Below are positions 11,771 to 24,834 of a stretch of 64,000 nucleotides of DNA, one piece after another (position 1 is the first letter of the stretch; each line of letters opens with the position of its first letter). A program made the position numbers and the translations under genes. The stretch covers positions 333,064,001 to 333,128,000 of the forward strand of contig OZ024743.1 of the NCBI GenBank assembly GCA_964016885.1, read 5' to 3'. Under the pieces are notes generated by a model. The model was not told the origin of the DNA. It saw only the letters and a program-made list of their open reading frames with translations, and searched no databases. Origin of the DNA: Eledone cirrhosa (taxonomy: Eukaryota).

Positions 11771-13507
11771 CTCAAAAGTGTTGCCATCACAAGAAGCAAA
11801 GAAACCTTCCCACAAGCTACAGTGTTCCTTGTCCTTTGATAACAGCACAACTAGATTGTTAGGTGATACATCTGTCTCATTTGTGGAACATACACAGCAG
11901 CCTTCATGGAACTCAATATAGAGACGATAATATAGTGGAAAACAACCAGAGCCTTGAGAAGAGAATGTTATGTCGTAGAGATGAGGTTCTGGGTACTTTT
12001 GGACAATACTGTTGGGAAGAATATTAGCAACATTGATAACAAAGGTAATTGTTTCTTGGTCTTGGAAATAGTGAAAACTAGGAAGCTGACACAATGGTAA
12101 GAAAGACAAGGAGCTTCTGTCGTCCTCATCATCTATACCTGTTTCTGGATTCATATCAACATCATTTGACAAGTTGGCATCATAATTTTCTTCTTGGAGA
12201 GAAATCTCTGAATCACACTGTTCGGAACCTTCGTCCACTGAGTTACCCCGGTCCACATCAGCTTCATTGTCACTTGAGGCTGCATAACTGGGGACTGAAC
12301 TAAAAATAGGAGTCTCAGGCTGGGCAGCAATGACAGGAAGTACCACATTTAATACACTTTTAGATTTATCAAATTTGGCAGTACCGTTAGTTTCATCAAC
12401 TGGATATGGTAACCTGAGGTCTAGTTCATATGATGCCGGAGTGGTACATTTCAACATGATGTGATTCTCAACGATATCCAAATCAATGGTATTTGCAGAT
12501 TTTAGCAGAGGTAATTCTATCGCTATAACAAGCTCTTTAGGTCTGGTCCTAGATTTTGCATCAGAGACGTTAGAGAAGTCTTGTATATCTAGTGCAGAAC
12601 GATGTAGAATACAATATTTGGGAACAGCAGGTGAGTCTGGAAGAGTTGATGATTCTGCAGATGTGGATGTTGTTGTTTCAGCTTTGTCTTCCTTTAATGA
12701 TTCTTTTGATTCAGTTTCTGATGTCGAACTTTTCGTTTCAGCTGGATCTTTCTTCTTAGCTTCTGCTAATCTCTTTGACGAACGCGTTTTGCCTTTTTTA
12801 TCAACCCATTCCTTAGAAAACTCGTCGGTCGTTTTACTAGTGTCATACGGGTAAGGCATACTGTTCAAAATACTGTCAGGATCATCGCTGCTTTTGGGCG
12901 GGCCACTTTCTCGTCGAGTTCGAATCACGGTAGGGGTGCTAACACCTTTGAAATTGTTCTTCACTTTTGGCGTGCTTATCTTTCTATCCAAAGTGATATT
13001 AAAATGTTCCTCAATAGCTTCTAGGGCTGTATCGTGTACCAGCTTTTTAAATTTAGAATTAGATTGAGCCATTCGGTAGGTATCTGGGTGAAATACAACA
13101 TCATATACAAAACATTTTTCACCTTTGAGGTCTAAATCCTCGCGAGGCCTTGCTAAAGAATGAGGTATTGCCCAATTAATTCCAAAACGATCAGGGCCGT
13201 TTTCTTTAGTAAATGTTGGCTTTCCAATGTTTTCATTCTTACATATATTTATAAAAGCTTTCTTCTTATTATCAATGAGTGATTTTATAACATGGCCTGG
13301 TTCAGGAGTAATGAATTTGATATCCATACCTCTTTCGTTTTCCAGTTGTGTAATCTCATCTTCATATTTTTTGCGATTTTCCGGATTACTTATTTCTTCG
13401 GCATATTCTACGAGCAATTTTCTGAATTCCTCTTTTTTCATCGCTTCCCCGAACCTTTTCAACTCATCTGGAGTCATATCGAGCTTCTTGCGATCTTCCC
13501 CAGACAT
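11771..13507 (-). CDS. DNAAF2: Dynein axonemal assembly factor 2 (kintoun/PF13), large first coding exon (579 codons; PIH1-N and CS domains)
   Basis: N-terminus KEEFRKLLVEYAEEISNPENRKKYEDEITQLENERG; PIH1 motifs FITPEPGHVIKS, KAFINIC, WAIPHSL, YDVVFHPDT; CS domain RPKELVIAIELPLLKSA...LPYPVDETNGTAKFDKSKSVLNVVLPV. Likely splice donor GAG|GTAGGT at 11771/11770; downstream exons not identified. Confidence 0.93.
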
Positions 13508-13632
13508 TGTTAAATAAATACTGTGAAAATAATTACGGGGCTACCACATAACAGGACAATCTTCACCAAAATAGTCTGTTGTGTTCCCCACTCAACGTGT
13601 CAAAATTTGTTTGTCTTCCAAGGTACTATCAA

Positions 13633-13653
13633 ATCTACATAGCAACGGAAGTG
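13633..13653 (-). promoter_or_regulatory. Putative RFX X-box overlapping an ETS-like site upstream of DNAAF2
   Basis: Minus strand GTTGCTATGTAGAT (13646-13633) resembles X-box GTTRCYATGGNRAC; CGGAAGTG at 13646-13653; ~130 bp upstream of the ATG of a motile-cilia gene. Confidence 0.55.
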
Positions 13654-16600
13654 CAGCTTTGCTATTATAGGAACGCACTTATGGCAATCCTTCCAACCCA
13701 ATTGGTTAAAATTCCCCTCATCTTTCTTTTTTATTTACCCGGTTTCGTTCACATTTGAATGTCAAATTAAATTTAATAAATTAATTTTGTCTTGAAATTA
13801 TAAAGTAATAAATAATTTCTATATCGCTTTCATCAATACCCAATTTAAATAAAACAGAATAGCCTTATTTTTAAGTTTTAAAGTAAATAAAGCAAATTAT
13901 TCACAAAAAATAATTCTAAAAATTATTTTAAATATTCCTAAGAACAACTTTTAATGAGATTTTGATTTAAAAAATTTCCATTTATAATTTTCCATAATCA
14001 GCTGTCGACGCTTTTAAAAAACCAAACTATATTTGTTTATTTATCATATTTAGGGTTTGTTAAACCCGTAGCTAAGTTTGGTTCATTTGAAAACAGAAAT
14101 ATGTTTTACATACTAAAAAAAGTCAGGCTCAGTAAAACTTATCTATATATTTTTTTCTTGGGTTTTTGTTGTCTTCTATATCAGGTTCACATGATGTCTA
14201 TTGTCTTCTGTTTATAACTTTTCAAAATCAAATAAGTGGTAAGAAACTCGTAGGATAGCTGACAAGAAACACCACACCAAGCGAGTGATTCGACCCTTAT
14301 TAATTATCACACTGAAACAATGAAGTTATTTCGTGTATCATTTGAATGTTGATAGAGTGAACACAGCAACTTACATAAATCGACTCTGTTGTTATCGTAT
14401 ATCAATATCTATCTCTCTCTATATATAGGGGTAAAAAACTCTCAGGAGAGCTGGACAACAGAAGGTTTTCACAGAAGAAATCCCCTCTCAAGCGAGTGTT
14501 TCGGCCCTTAACTTCAGAGGAGAAACGTGCAAATAAGACTGATAAATTCCAAGTATTTATATATTTATATATATATATATATATTATACTACAGCGATTA
14601 AGAAAATATAACGTTCTCAGCGAACGGCACCCTCAATTTAGGTTCCATCTATGTGTATTTTTGCTTCGGACTATTTTTGTTCACTTCAATCCAGTCTTTT
14701 TTTTAAAATATGAATGACACTTTATACTATTTGTCCTCTCACTGAAATCTGAAGTGTTGTTCTGAATTAATTCAATGTGTATATATATAACGTATACACT
14801 GCTGGTATAATAAAAGCCTTGATAAGCAAACAAAAGTTGATAACTTCCGCTTGTTATATACGAGACCGGATAACAGTGGTTGCTAGGTTTTTGTTTTGCT
14901 TGGTTGTAATTGCTTCGCTGCAAATATCAATTTTCAAAGGTATTTTTGGCGTTTGGTCAAATAATCTAAACGCGTGCTTTCACAGAAATATATGAGCAAG
15001 AAAGATGATTATAGTGTAGTACTTCACTATTTTCTTTAGTAAGATGAGATAAGCTCAATTACCTTACCGTCCTCAGTCTCTCTGGATTAAAAACTGGACA
15101 ATTAAAATATCCCGTTGTTAAGGGCGGTTCGGGTAGCAGAGCATCTAATGTTCAAAATTATAAGAGAGTCAAGGATTATTTATTTGGTTAAACATACAGA
15201 AAATAAATACAAATGTCATAAATGAGGGGAAGAGCAGGGACTACTAGACAAAGGAAGAAAGAAAAGGTGACTGACTCTACACCTAGGTCAGAGCAGTGTT
15301 TCGGCTGCGCCCCGCTGACAAAATGGCAAAGGCATTTCCGCAGACAATGGCAGCGACACGCCGCAACAGCCTCCCACCTCGCGGGGCTCCTTCCTCAGAC
15401 GAGCTGCTATCGATCTGATTTTACGGAGGATGTCAGCAGTCCGGGGCTGAAGGACGCCTGAGGTCTCGACGGTGACCGGTGTAAAGAGGAAACGGCCAGA
15501 TAAGCTAGAGTATTTGCTTGTGTTCCAGCATTGCGAGCCGCACTACTGGGGTTTGTGGTCGAGGCAACTAACGTGTCAGCATTTCGCGTCCCAAATTCTC
15601 GGTGGAAAATACGGATATAGAAGAACGCACCTCACCATTTCAGTGGGAAATAATTATTTTCCCTCGTTTTTGTTTATTCATTTATTTTATTTATTTATTT
15701 TTTGTGTGTGTGTGCTATCAACTAATCTGACCTCCGAACATACTGCAAAGGACATTTTTTCTCTGGAAACAAAGAGGAAAGGCGGCTCGGATCTTTCCCT
15801 TACCTCCGAGGTTTTCTTTACCATTTTTTTTTCATGCTATTTTATTCGTTTTTTAGTTAACTGTACTTCACGACAAATGTCGGAATGGTTAGGGTTAGAG
15901 TTAACGTGTTTGGAGGTCAGATTCATCGATAACGTGAAAAAATACTATGAAAAAAAAATGTTCCTACCAAATGCCCGCAGGGTACAGATCTGTGAAACTC
16001 CGAGTGTCTTTCCTCCTTCATTTGTCTAGAAAGCTAAAGCTAATCATTTCAGACAGGTTTGGAAGTCAGATTCTATAGTAGCAAAAAAAAAAAAAAATGG
16101 TAAAGAAAACTCACGAGAATGAGGAGGGGGAAACCCCCCTTACCCTCCGTTTTCCATGGAAAAAGTACTTTGTGGCATATTCAGAGGTCAGATTAGTCAG
16201 GAAAACTAGGCAACGTTTGTCAAAATTCAAAGAAGCCTTTATTAATACTGGAGAGTTTCTAACACGTTTCAATAGTTACGTGACTGCCTACAAAATCTGA
16301 ATTATTATACAATCCACTATCTCGCACTGCGCTGTTAGATTCTGCATGTCATCATGTATCATCATCATCATCATCATTTTACATCTGCTTTTCCCTGCTT
16401 GCAAGGGTGGGATGGGTCCTATTCACACACTTGTCACGGTCCTTCGTCATCTCCACCGTGAGCAGTCACTCTGAATAAATAAGATTGCTTGGGGGGTGGA
16501 CATGGGCTCTGCAAGCCTTAGTGAAGGCAACCCATCTAAAAGAGCGGTCATTCTGAATTAAAACTGATACAGTGTATGGAGGACTCTTCAGTTTGGTCAG

Positions 16601-16799
16601 ACACCCTCTCTAGTTGTGGTGGTACAATGAAATACACCCAGTCTATGCTGTAAAGTTGTTGGTAATAGGAAGGGCATCCAGTCAGAAAAAAGGCTACTAA
16701 AAACTATGTCCAGTACAAAATATAAGATTCACGTTAACTGCATATACAGGAGTAGTACTAGTCATGTTAGTGCTGCACATGGTACCTAAACCACCACTG

Positions 16800-18725
16800 T
16801 CAGGTAACATATCTCAGGGCTGCCACTCTCAATGTAAGCACTCTGAAAGGTGTTCAAGACATGAGATGGAGGGGTGCCTCAGCAAAACTACAGGCAAACT
16901 GTGTAAATAAATAAATGCTCTTCTGGGTAGGAAGTGATGATGGTATAGGTGGAGTAGACATTCTACTAGCTGGGAAGTGGATAGATGAGGTAGTTGAGTA
17001 AGTGACAGAATTATCAAGCTCAGAATAGTTGTAGGTAATAGAATGACAACAATTATCTCTAGCTATGCACCTCAATCAGGAATAAGTAAGGAACAAAAGG
17101 ATCGATTCTATGAGGAACTTTTACAAACAACCTCTGTTATAGATGACACAGACTTCATCATCTTAGCTGGTGACTTCAATTGTTATGCTAGACTGCATTA
17201 AGATGGCTACACTGGAGTAGTATGATTATGGCTCAAGAAATGAAGAGGGAGTGAAGCTCTTGGAATTCAGTGATGCGAATGAACTGACTATTTGCAACAT
17301 AAATTTCAGGATCCCCAAAGAAGAATGCACCACAGTTAGTTATTATTGACATCAGAATAAGCACAAAAGAGAACAAGAAACACAGGAAAATATAGAGAAG
17401 GAGAGTATGGAAGCTATATGACCTGACTATTAAATATAGGTTTAGAAAAGCTCAATGTGATGCAAATGACAATAGAGAAGAGGTGTTAGATACATATGAT
17501 ATAGAGGACAATTGGAAGTGTTTACATGACAACCTACTGTAGGCTACTGGGGGAGGAAAGATCAATATCAAGTAACTAAAAGATAAGCTAGATGTCAGGT
17601 GAACATAGAACATAAAGAAGCTGAAAGCAGAAGGTTTGCCAATGTCTTGAGATGTGAAGTGTTCCACATTGCGAAGCAATGTGTCCATGATAGCCAGGTT
17701 GTTGTTGGGGAAATAAATGTGTGTTTAAAATGACACTGGTACACTTAGTGTCACTGTCACTCAAAAGAAAGAGACCTTGAGAAGTTAATGAATATGGAGA
17801 ACAAGTGGGAGGATACCCCCAGCTGACCCTACAGAGTGACCAGCTTAGTCCTCAGCCCACTCTTGTTTATCATAAGTCTCTAGGTCATAAGAAAAGAGTT
17901 TAAGACAAGTTGTCCATGGGAACTTTTATATGCCAATGACCTGGTTCTTAAAGCCAAATCAGTGGAAGAGCTAGAGAGAAATTCTAGTTTGGGAATGTGA
18001 GCTAAGAATTAAGAAGACTGAAAGTCAGCTTGTGAAAAATCAAAATTTTGATAAGCACAAAGGAAGACAGGACCCTGATCCCACTGATATGTAGAAAGGG
18101 AGTAGCTAGTAACTCTATATGATGTACACAATGTAAATCCTGGGTACACAAGAGATGTAGTGGGATAGCAAGCAGACTAACAGGAAAGATAAACTTTGTA
18201 TGTGGCAGATGCACAGGGATAGTTGGCAGTAAGGGCATCAGCAAAATAAATGTTTTCCAATCACAGGAAGGGTCCTTAGATGTGGTTCATAGTTTCTGTT
18301 ATCTAGATGATCTAATTAGCAATGGAGGAAGTTGCTGTGAGAGAATAATAGTTAGAATAAAAACAGGATGGGAAAAGTTCAGGGAGCTACAAGCTCAGTT
18401 AACAACAAAAGGTTTCTTTCTACAAAAGAAAGACTGGAGGCATAATGCTTGTGTGCGAAGTGCAATGTTGCATGGTAGAGAGAAATGAAGTGAGCAAAAT
18501 TTGTTGGATGTGCAATGCTAATGTACAAGAATGACAAAGCATGGATGAACTGAAAAAAAATCTGGATATAAGAAGACTCAGATGTAGTGTGCAGCAGCGA
18601 AACTGCACTGGTGTGGCCATGTGGTGTGTATAGATGTTGATGGCTGGGTGAAGAGGTACAAAGTAATCCTAGTTGAGGGAGGCCAAGGAAGATCTGGGCA
18701 GAGCTTGTGAGAGCTGATCTCAAAT
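16800..18725 (+). mobile_element. Old, heavily decayed near-full-length RTE LINE
   Basis: Remnants of LRAATLNVSTLKG, ILAGDFN, CPWELLYANDL, CTQCKSWVHKRCSG, GWEKFREL and ACVRSAMLHG with many stops, frameshifts and deletions. Confidence 0.8.
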
Positions 18726-19379
18726 TACTGATTCTATATATTCTCTCAGCTGTGAAACAGATAACACCTGTCTTGTCTCTGTTCTCTCACTCATATATCT
18801 CTTTGCGATGAAAGTTCATTTTTCTCTTCTCAGCACCAAGTAACTGCACAACTTACCTTGTATTGTATTTTTTTAAATATTTCTTTCAAACTTAGTGTTT
18901 ATTATGTGGTCTCAAATCATCTCTCTAGCAGCTGGATGTAATAACACGATACCACATTTAAGCACAAAATTGCATGTATTATAGAAGAGGAATATGGATC
19001 CTTTTGAATGTTTGTCTTCTGTTCATTTTTTTTCATGTGCAACTTTTGATGAAGTGACATGGAATTGCTTATGCAATATCTGTATAGATTATACACCCTT
19101 TCAATCACTCCCTTCTCTCACCAAATATAAATAAACCTGTTACGAGGTACGAATCTCAGTCATCGCCCAGAATCCAATCTTTGCTCTTTCTCAATGCTAT
19201 TCTATAATTCTGTCTGGTTGTTCTAAATAATCTTCTTGTATTTTAAAATCCCATTATTCGCTTATTACTGTTATATACTTGTCCAATTATGCCCAAAATT
19301 CGAAGATTTTATTTAAACCCTCTTGCTAACTACCCCATACCCCTCCCACCCACCTCCACTCCCCACCATTATTATTAAG

Positions 19380-22300
19380 ACCAATCATACGTCAGCGCCC
19401 TATGCTATCACTTCTGGTTGCTTTTCGATATGATGGATGGACTATGGAATTCTGGAGAGTCTGAAAAATCTGGACACTCAGTGACAATGCCAAAGATAAA
19501 GACAAATTCACCTCATGCTGCCGGACGAAAAGGCAAGGACTCCCCCTCTTTGTTTCGGCCGTGGATGGCCAACACATCCCTAACCCCCTCCCCCTCCCTG
19601 CGCCCCACCTTGCCCACCCACCAAACGCAATCCAAAACTTCAGAGTTGGTACCATGAATGTAGGCACCTTAAAAGGTCGCTCTAACGAGGTTTTAGAAAT
19701 GCTTGAACGTAAGGAGGTTGATGTTTGCTGTATCCAAGAGACCAGGTGGAGGGGTGGGTCTGCTAGATTCATTGTGGGTAAAAAACGATGCTATAAGCTT
19801 TTCTGGGTGGGAAATGACAATGGGGTGGGTGGGGTAGGAATCATGTTAGCAGAAAAATGGGTAGATAAGATAATAGACGTAAATAGAGTGAACGACAGAA
19901 TAATTAAAATAAGACTTGTCCTAAATAGAACTACTGTGACAGTAATATCTGCGTATGCACCCCAATCCGGACAGATTCTATGAGACATTGATGCTCGCTA
20001 CCTCCCAAATAACCGACAGTGACTACATAATTATTGCTGGCGACCTAAATAGTCATGTTGGACAACATTGTGACAACTATGGCGGAATCCATGGAGGCTA
20101 TGGGTTAGGTACTAGAAATGAGGAAGGCTCCAGAATCCTGGAATTCTGTGACACAAATAACCTAACTATCTGTAACACTAACTTCAAAAAACGAGACAAT
20201 CACTTGATCACCTATAGATCAGGGGAACACGCCAGTCAGATAGATTATAGCCTTACCAGAAGATGTGATAGAGCGTCTGTTCTAAACACTAAATCCCTCC
20301 CCCATGAAGAATGCACCTCCCAACATAGACTCATAATCAGCGACCTCATAGTCAGGACAAGACGTACTCGACAACAGAGGAGGACTATCCTCAGGAGAAA
20401 AATATGGAAGCTAAAGGACCCCACAGCCAGTAATAAATTTAAAAGCATATTACTTGATGCTTTCGACAGTAAGGAAGAGCAATTAGAGTCGTACAATATA
20501 GAGGAACAGTGGGAATTCCTGAAAGCTAACCTGCTGAAGGCGGCAGATGAAGTCTGTGGCTGGAGCAGGCCTATAGGCAGGAGGAGAGTAACGTGGTGGT
20601 GGAACAGTAAGGTGGAGGAGTCAATTAAGGCAAAAAAGCAGGCTTGGAAAGTATGGCGGGATGCGGGAAGTAGAGAAGATTATCAAGTGTCCAGGAGGGA
20701 AGCTAGGAGACACATGTACTTTGCAAGAAGGGAAGCAGAGGAAAGAAAGTTCAAGCATATTCTACAACGCGAGGACCAAAAACGTGAGGTGTTCAGGATT
20801 GCTAGGCAATGTATCAAGGAAAACCGTGATATTGTCAGGGAGAAGTGTGTCCTTAATGATGATGGTGTACTTGCCATCACTGACGCTTGGAAGTGTCACT
20901 ACGAAAGGCTACTAATGAGGAGAATAAATGGGAGAAAGACAGTCTCCCCCACATCGATCCAATAGAGGGACCAGCAGTGCTAGTTGAAGGTAGTATAATA
21001 AGTAAGGCAATCAAAGATATGAAGACGGGTAAGGCGACTGGGCCTTTGGAAATAGTTGCTGAAATGCTAAAAGCATCTGGAACGGTGGGACACACTATGG
21101 TCACCCGGATAGTAAACCAAGTCATACAGAATGAGGCCGTTCCGAAGGACTGGCGTAGCAGCATCATCATTAACTGCTACAAGGTTAAAGGAGATGCCCT
21201 AGATAGGGGTAACTATAGAGGCATTAAATTAATTGACCAGGTCATGAAGGTCACAGAAAAAGTAATAGCGCAACTAATCAGAGAACGAATTGATCTAGAT
21301 GAAATGCAGTTCGGGTTTGTGTCAGGTAAAAGTACCACAGACGCTCTTTTCATTGGAGAAGTACCTAGCTAAAAGTAAACCCCTATACTTAGCTTTTGTT
21401 GACTTGAAAAAAGCCTTTGACAGAGTCCCCCGCTCCATTATCTGGTGGGCTCTTAGAAAACTAGGTGTTGATGAATGGCTTGTGAGAGCTATACAAGCCA
21501 TGTATAAAGAAACAGTCAGCAAGGTTAGAATTAACAACGAATATAGTGAAGAGTTTAGCGTAAAAGTTGGTGTTCATCAGGGCTCCGTTCTTAGCCCCCT
21601 ACTATTTATTATTGCCCTTCAGGCTAAAACAGAGGAGTTCAAGACCGGCTGCCCATGGGAACTCCTATATGCAGATGATCTAACGCTCATAGCTGAATCA
21701 ATGGCTGAACTAGAGAAGAAATTCCAAACATGGAAGCATGGCCTAGAATCAAAAGGCCTTAAAGTTAACTTGTCTAAGACTAAAGTTCTAGTTTGTAGGA
21801 AGGAAAATAGGGCACCGGTCCCATCTGGGAAATGGCCATGCTCAGTGTGTAGGAAAGGAGTAGGTAGAAACTCCATTTTATGTCCCAAATGCAAAGTATG
21901 GGTGCATAAAAGATGTAGTGGGATCACAGGTAAGCTAACTAAGAATATAGATTTTATATGTGGCCAATGCAGCAAGTGCCCACGGAATACTAGCTCATTC
22001 CATTGCACAGATGGTTCTATAGAAATAGTTGACACCTTCCGTTACCTGGGTGACAAAATCAGCAGTGGGGGAGGGTGCTCTGAAAGTACAGTAGCTAGAG
22101 TCAGAACGGGATGGAAAAAGTTCAGAGAGCTTATACCACTATTGGCCGCTAAAGGGTTCTCTCTAAAAATGAAAGGCAGGCTGTATGATGCCTGCATACG
22201 AACAGCAATGTTACATGGCAGTGAGACCTGGGCATTGTGTGCAGAGGATATACGCAGACTGGAGAGGAACGAAGCTTGCATGCTCCGCTGGATGTGTAAT

Positions 22301-22986
22301 AGTAATATATGTGAACGGCAAAGCATAAACGAACTAAGGGAGAAATTAGGAATAAGAGGGATCAGATGTTGTTTATTCGAGAGAAGACTACGTTGGTATG
22401 GTCACGTGATGCGCATAAAAGACGACAGCTGTATAAAAAAGTGCAGGGCGATAAAAATAGACGGTAGCCACGGAGTAGGCAGACCCAGAAAAACCTGGGA
22501 CGACTTGATAAATTCCGACCTCACACACTTACACCTCTCCCAGACAATGTCACTGGACCGAGATCTTTCGCGCTACACAGTAATACAGAAGACCCGCCTT
22601 GCCTAAGTACAAAGCGAAACCTACAGTCAGTAGGCACCTCTAACAAAAATACACCCCGTCCCACTACCCCCACCTCATCCACACCATCCCCTTCAATGTG
22701 AAGTTATGTTGGTACCACAACATCTAGTCCGAAACAAATGAGGGCGTGTAGGTGTCACGACAAAAAAAACACAGTCCACGCTGTAATGTGGCCGTGTAGG
22801 TAACCCGGTAAAAACCTCCCAGTCCACACTGTAAACGTGGTTGGTGTTAGAAAGGGCATCCAGCCGTAGAAAACCTGCCAGACAGTCCTATACGAGCAGG
22901 ACAACCAATCTTGCCTCAAGTGGGGAAAACTCCCGTCCAAACCCATACAAGCGTGGAAGATGGACGTTAAATGATGATGATGATGA
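19380..22986 (+). mobile_element. Near-full-length RTE-clade LINE (family A)
   Basis: APE endonuclease + RT coding region, ~370-nt 3'UTR and (ATG)n tail; 5' boundary approximate; no TSD recognised. Confidence 0.93.
19561..22606 (+). pseudogene. RTE ORF (APE endonuclease, reverse transcriptase, PHD finger) broken by three frameshifts
   Basis: Four overlapping ORFs carry GTMNVGTL/IQETRW/ISAYAPQ; AGDLNSHVG/SQIDY/SQHRLI; NYRGIKL/QFGF; AFVDLKKAFDRV/GVHQGSVLSPLLF/YADD (21668-21679)/FRYLG. Confidence 0.9.
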
Positions 22987-23559
22987 TTAACCACTGTGAA
23001 TGACAGTTGCAGCTGCGTATATCTAATCAGCCCATACTTGCAGAAACTATTAATATTTCAGGAAATTATAGTATGCAATTTACCATAACCCACATGCAGC
23101 TGTCTCCATTATGAATAATGTATATTGTGTGAGATATTATTTTGTACATTCCCACGTTGAAATTTTATGTCTCAGGGCTTTATGGATCCCTATTCCGCTA
23201 GCTTTGTTAACAAATTTATATATATAAACATTTAACTTAAGCCAAAATCTTGATGGGGAGGGGGATATAAGTTAGACAAACTAAAATAAGTCCGTTTCAT
23301 TCATATAATGCCCCCAACTATAGTTTCTGGAATTAGGGAATTATGAAACAATATTAATTATCTCAATAAATTAAGATAACCAATATTGGAAGAAAATTCC
23401 ATCATCAGGGAAAAATCTTTTGGAAGTATAGAAAATATTGAATAGATGGCATACAAACCATGTCATTGTTAAAATAATGTTAAAAAATGTGTTCTCTCTT
23501 CAGCCTTTATTGTTGTAACTATCAATTTTCTTTACTGGCTGCTGAACTGGGGAATCCTA

Positions 23560-23716
23560 AAAACTGTTCAAACCCAACATCAGAGCACGTTAACCCCCCA
23601 CCTCCTTACTGACTTGAGAGGGCGTGCGGTATCTTTGCAGTGGAGTGTAGGGGGGATTCCTGAAAAGATAAAATGCTGGTATACCTAGCCCGGCGCCACC
23701 GGGATGGGCCAGCTAG
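23560..23716 (+). mobile_element. Helitron-like 3' terminus
   Basis: GC hairpin cccgg-cgcca-ccggg (23689-23703) followed 9 nt later by CTAG|T (23713-23717); left boundary unknown. Confidence 0.55.
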
Positions 23717-23735
23717 TATATATATATATATTATA

Positions 23736-23806
<71 letters not shown>
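23717..23806. repeat. (TA)n microsatellite
   Basis: Direct inspection. Confidence 0.95.
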
Positions 23807-23809
<3 letters not shown>

Positions 23810-23945
23810 TTGCTCGCACCAACCGGAGATATATGGTCTTTAAAGCTAAGAAATACTGATGATGGTTGGAAGATCACTGATGAAGGACCACTTTATTCAT
23901 ATGTAACCCATTTGCAACTCCGCAGCACGTTTATTCTCATATATA

Positions 23946-24800
23946 TCATCATCATCATCATCATCATCATCATTTTACGTCCGCTTTTCCCTGCTTGCAA
24001 GGGTGGGACGGGTCTTATTCAGCACAGCATCTCTCCACTCGTCACGGTCCCTCGTCATCTCCACCGTGAGCTTCAATGATCTGAGGTCTGTTCTCACCAC
24101 CTCCGCCCATGTTTTTCGTGGTCTACCTCTACCACGTCTTCCTTCAACTGGCATTTCCTGGCACTTCTTCACCCATCGGTCATCCTCCATGCGCATCACA
24201 TGTCCATACCACCTCAGTCTCCTCTCCCGTGCACTACATTCTATCCCTCTCAGACACAGTTTCTCTCTCAACACATTTATGCTGGGTCGTTCACGCACAT
24301 TTACACTGCACATCCAACGGAGCATGCTTGCCTCATTTCTCTCCAGCCGTCGCATATCCTCTGTAGTTGCTGCCCATGTCTCACTACCATGCAGCATCGC
24401 GCTCCTCACACAGGCATCATACAACCGGCCTTTTGTACGCAGGGAGAAACCCTTCTTCGTCAACAGAGGAAGCAGCTCCCTAAACTTCTTCCAACCCGTC
24501 CTTATTCTAGATACTATGGCCTCGGAACACCCCCCTCCCATGCTAATCTGATCTCCTAGGTACCGGAAGCTATCCACCACTTCTATAGCGCCCTCTCGCA
24601 TTTGAAAAATGTGTCTATCAATGCGACTTCTACTGTCTAATTTCCCTGTACATCTACTGCATACATATTTCTCCCTACCTGTTAGTTTGCCTGCTATCCC
24701 GCTACATCTCTTGTGTACCCAGGACCTGCATTGTGTGCATTTTATAGAATTTATGCCAGTTCCTTTTCTGCATATCGAACATGGCCATTTCCCTGACGGA
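23946..24800 (-). mobile_element. 5'-truncated RTE LINE family B with an open C-terminal reading frame
   Basis: ORF 23975-24838 carries the PHD finger, FRYLG, GWKKFREL, LHGSETW, RRLRWYGHV and RGRGRPRKTW; the stop codon runs directly into an (ATG)n tail. Confidence 0.92.
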
Positions 24801-24834
24801 TTATATATATATATATATATCACAAAGGGAAATA

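Noticed and set aside
12094-13517. Short overlapping or antisense ORFs within DNAAF2 (and similarly within the RTE ORFs)
   Set aside because: Shadow frames of genuine coding sequence with no independent motifs
14480-14522. Hammerhead-like string on the minus strand (ctgaag-ttaagggcc-gaaac)
   Set aside because: Core incomplete and the 5' arm of stem II missing; at most a decayed relic
15472-16029. 185-aa ORF
   Set aside because: Low-complexity T-rich composition, non-ATG start and no recognisable domain
23855-23892. ctgatgaaggacc half-hammerhead
   Set aside because: No downstream stem II partner or GAAA
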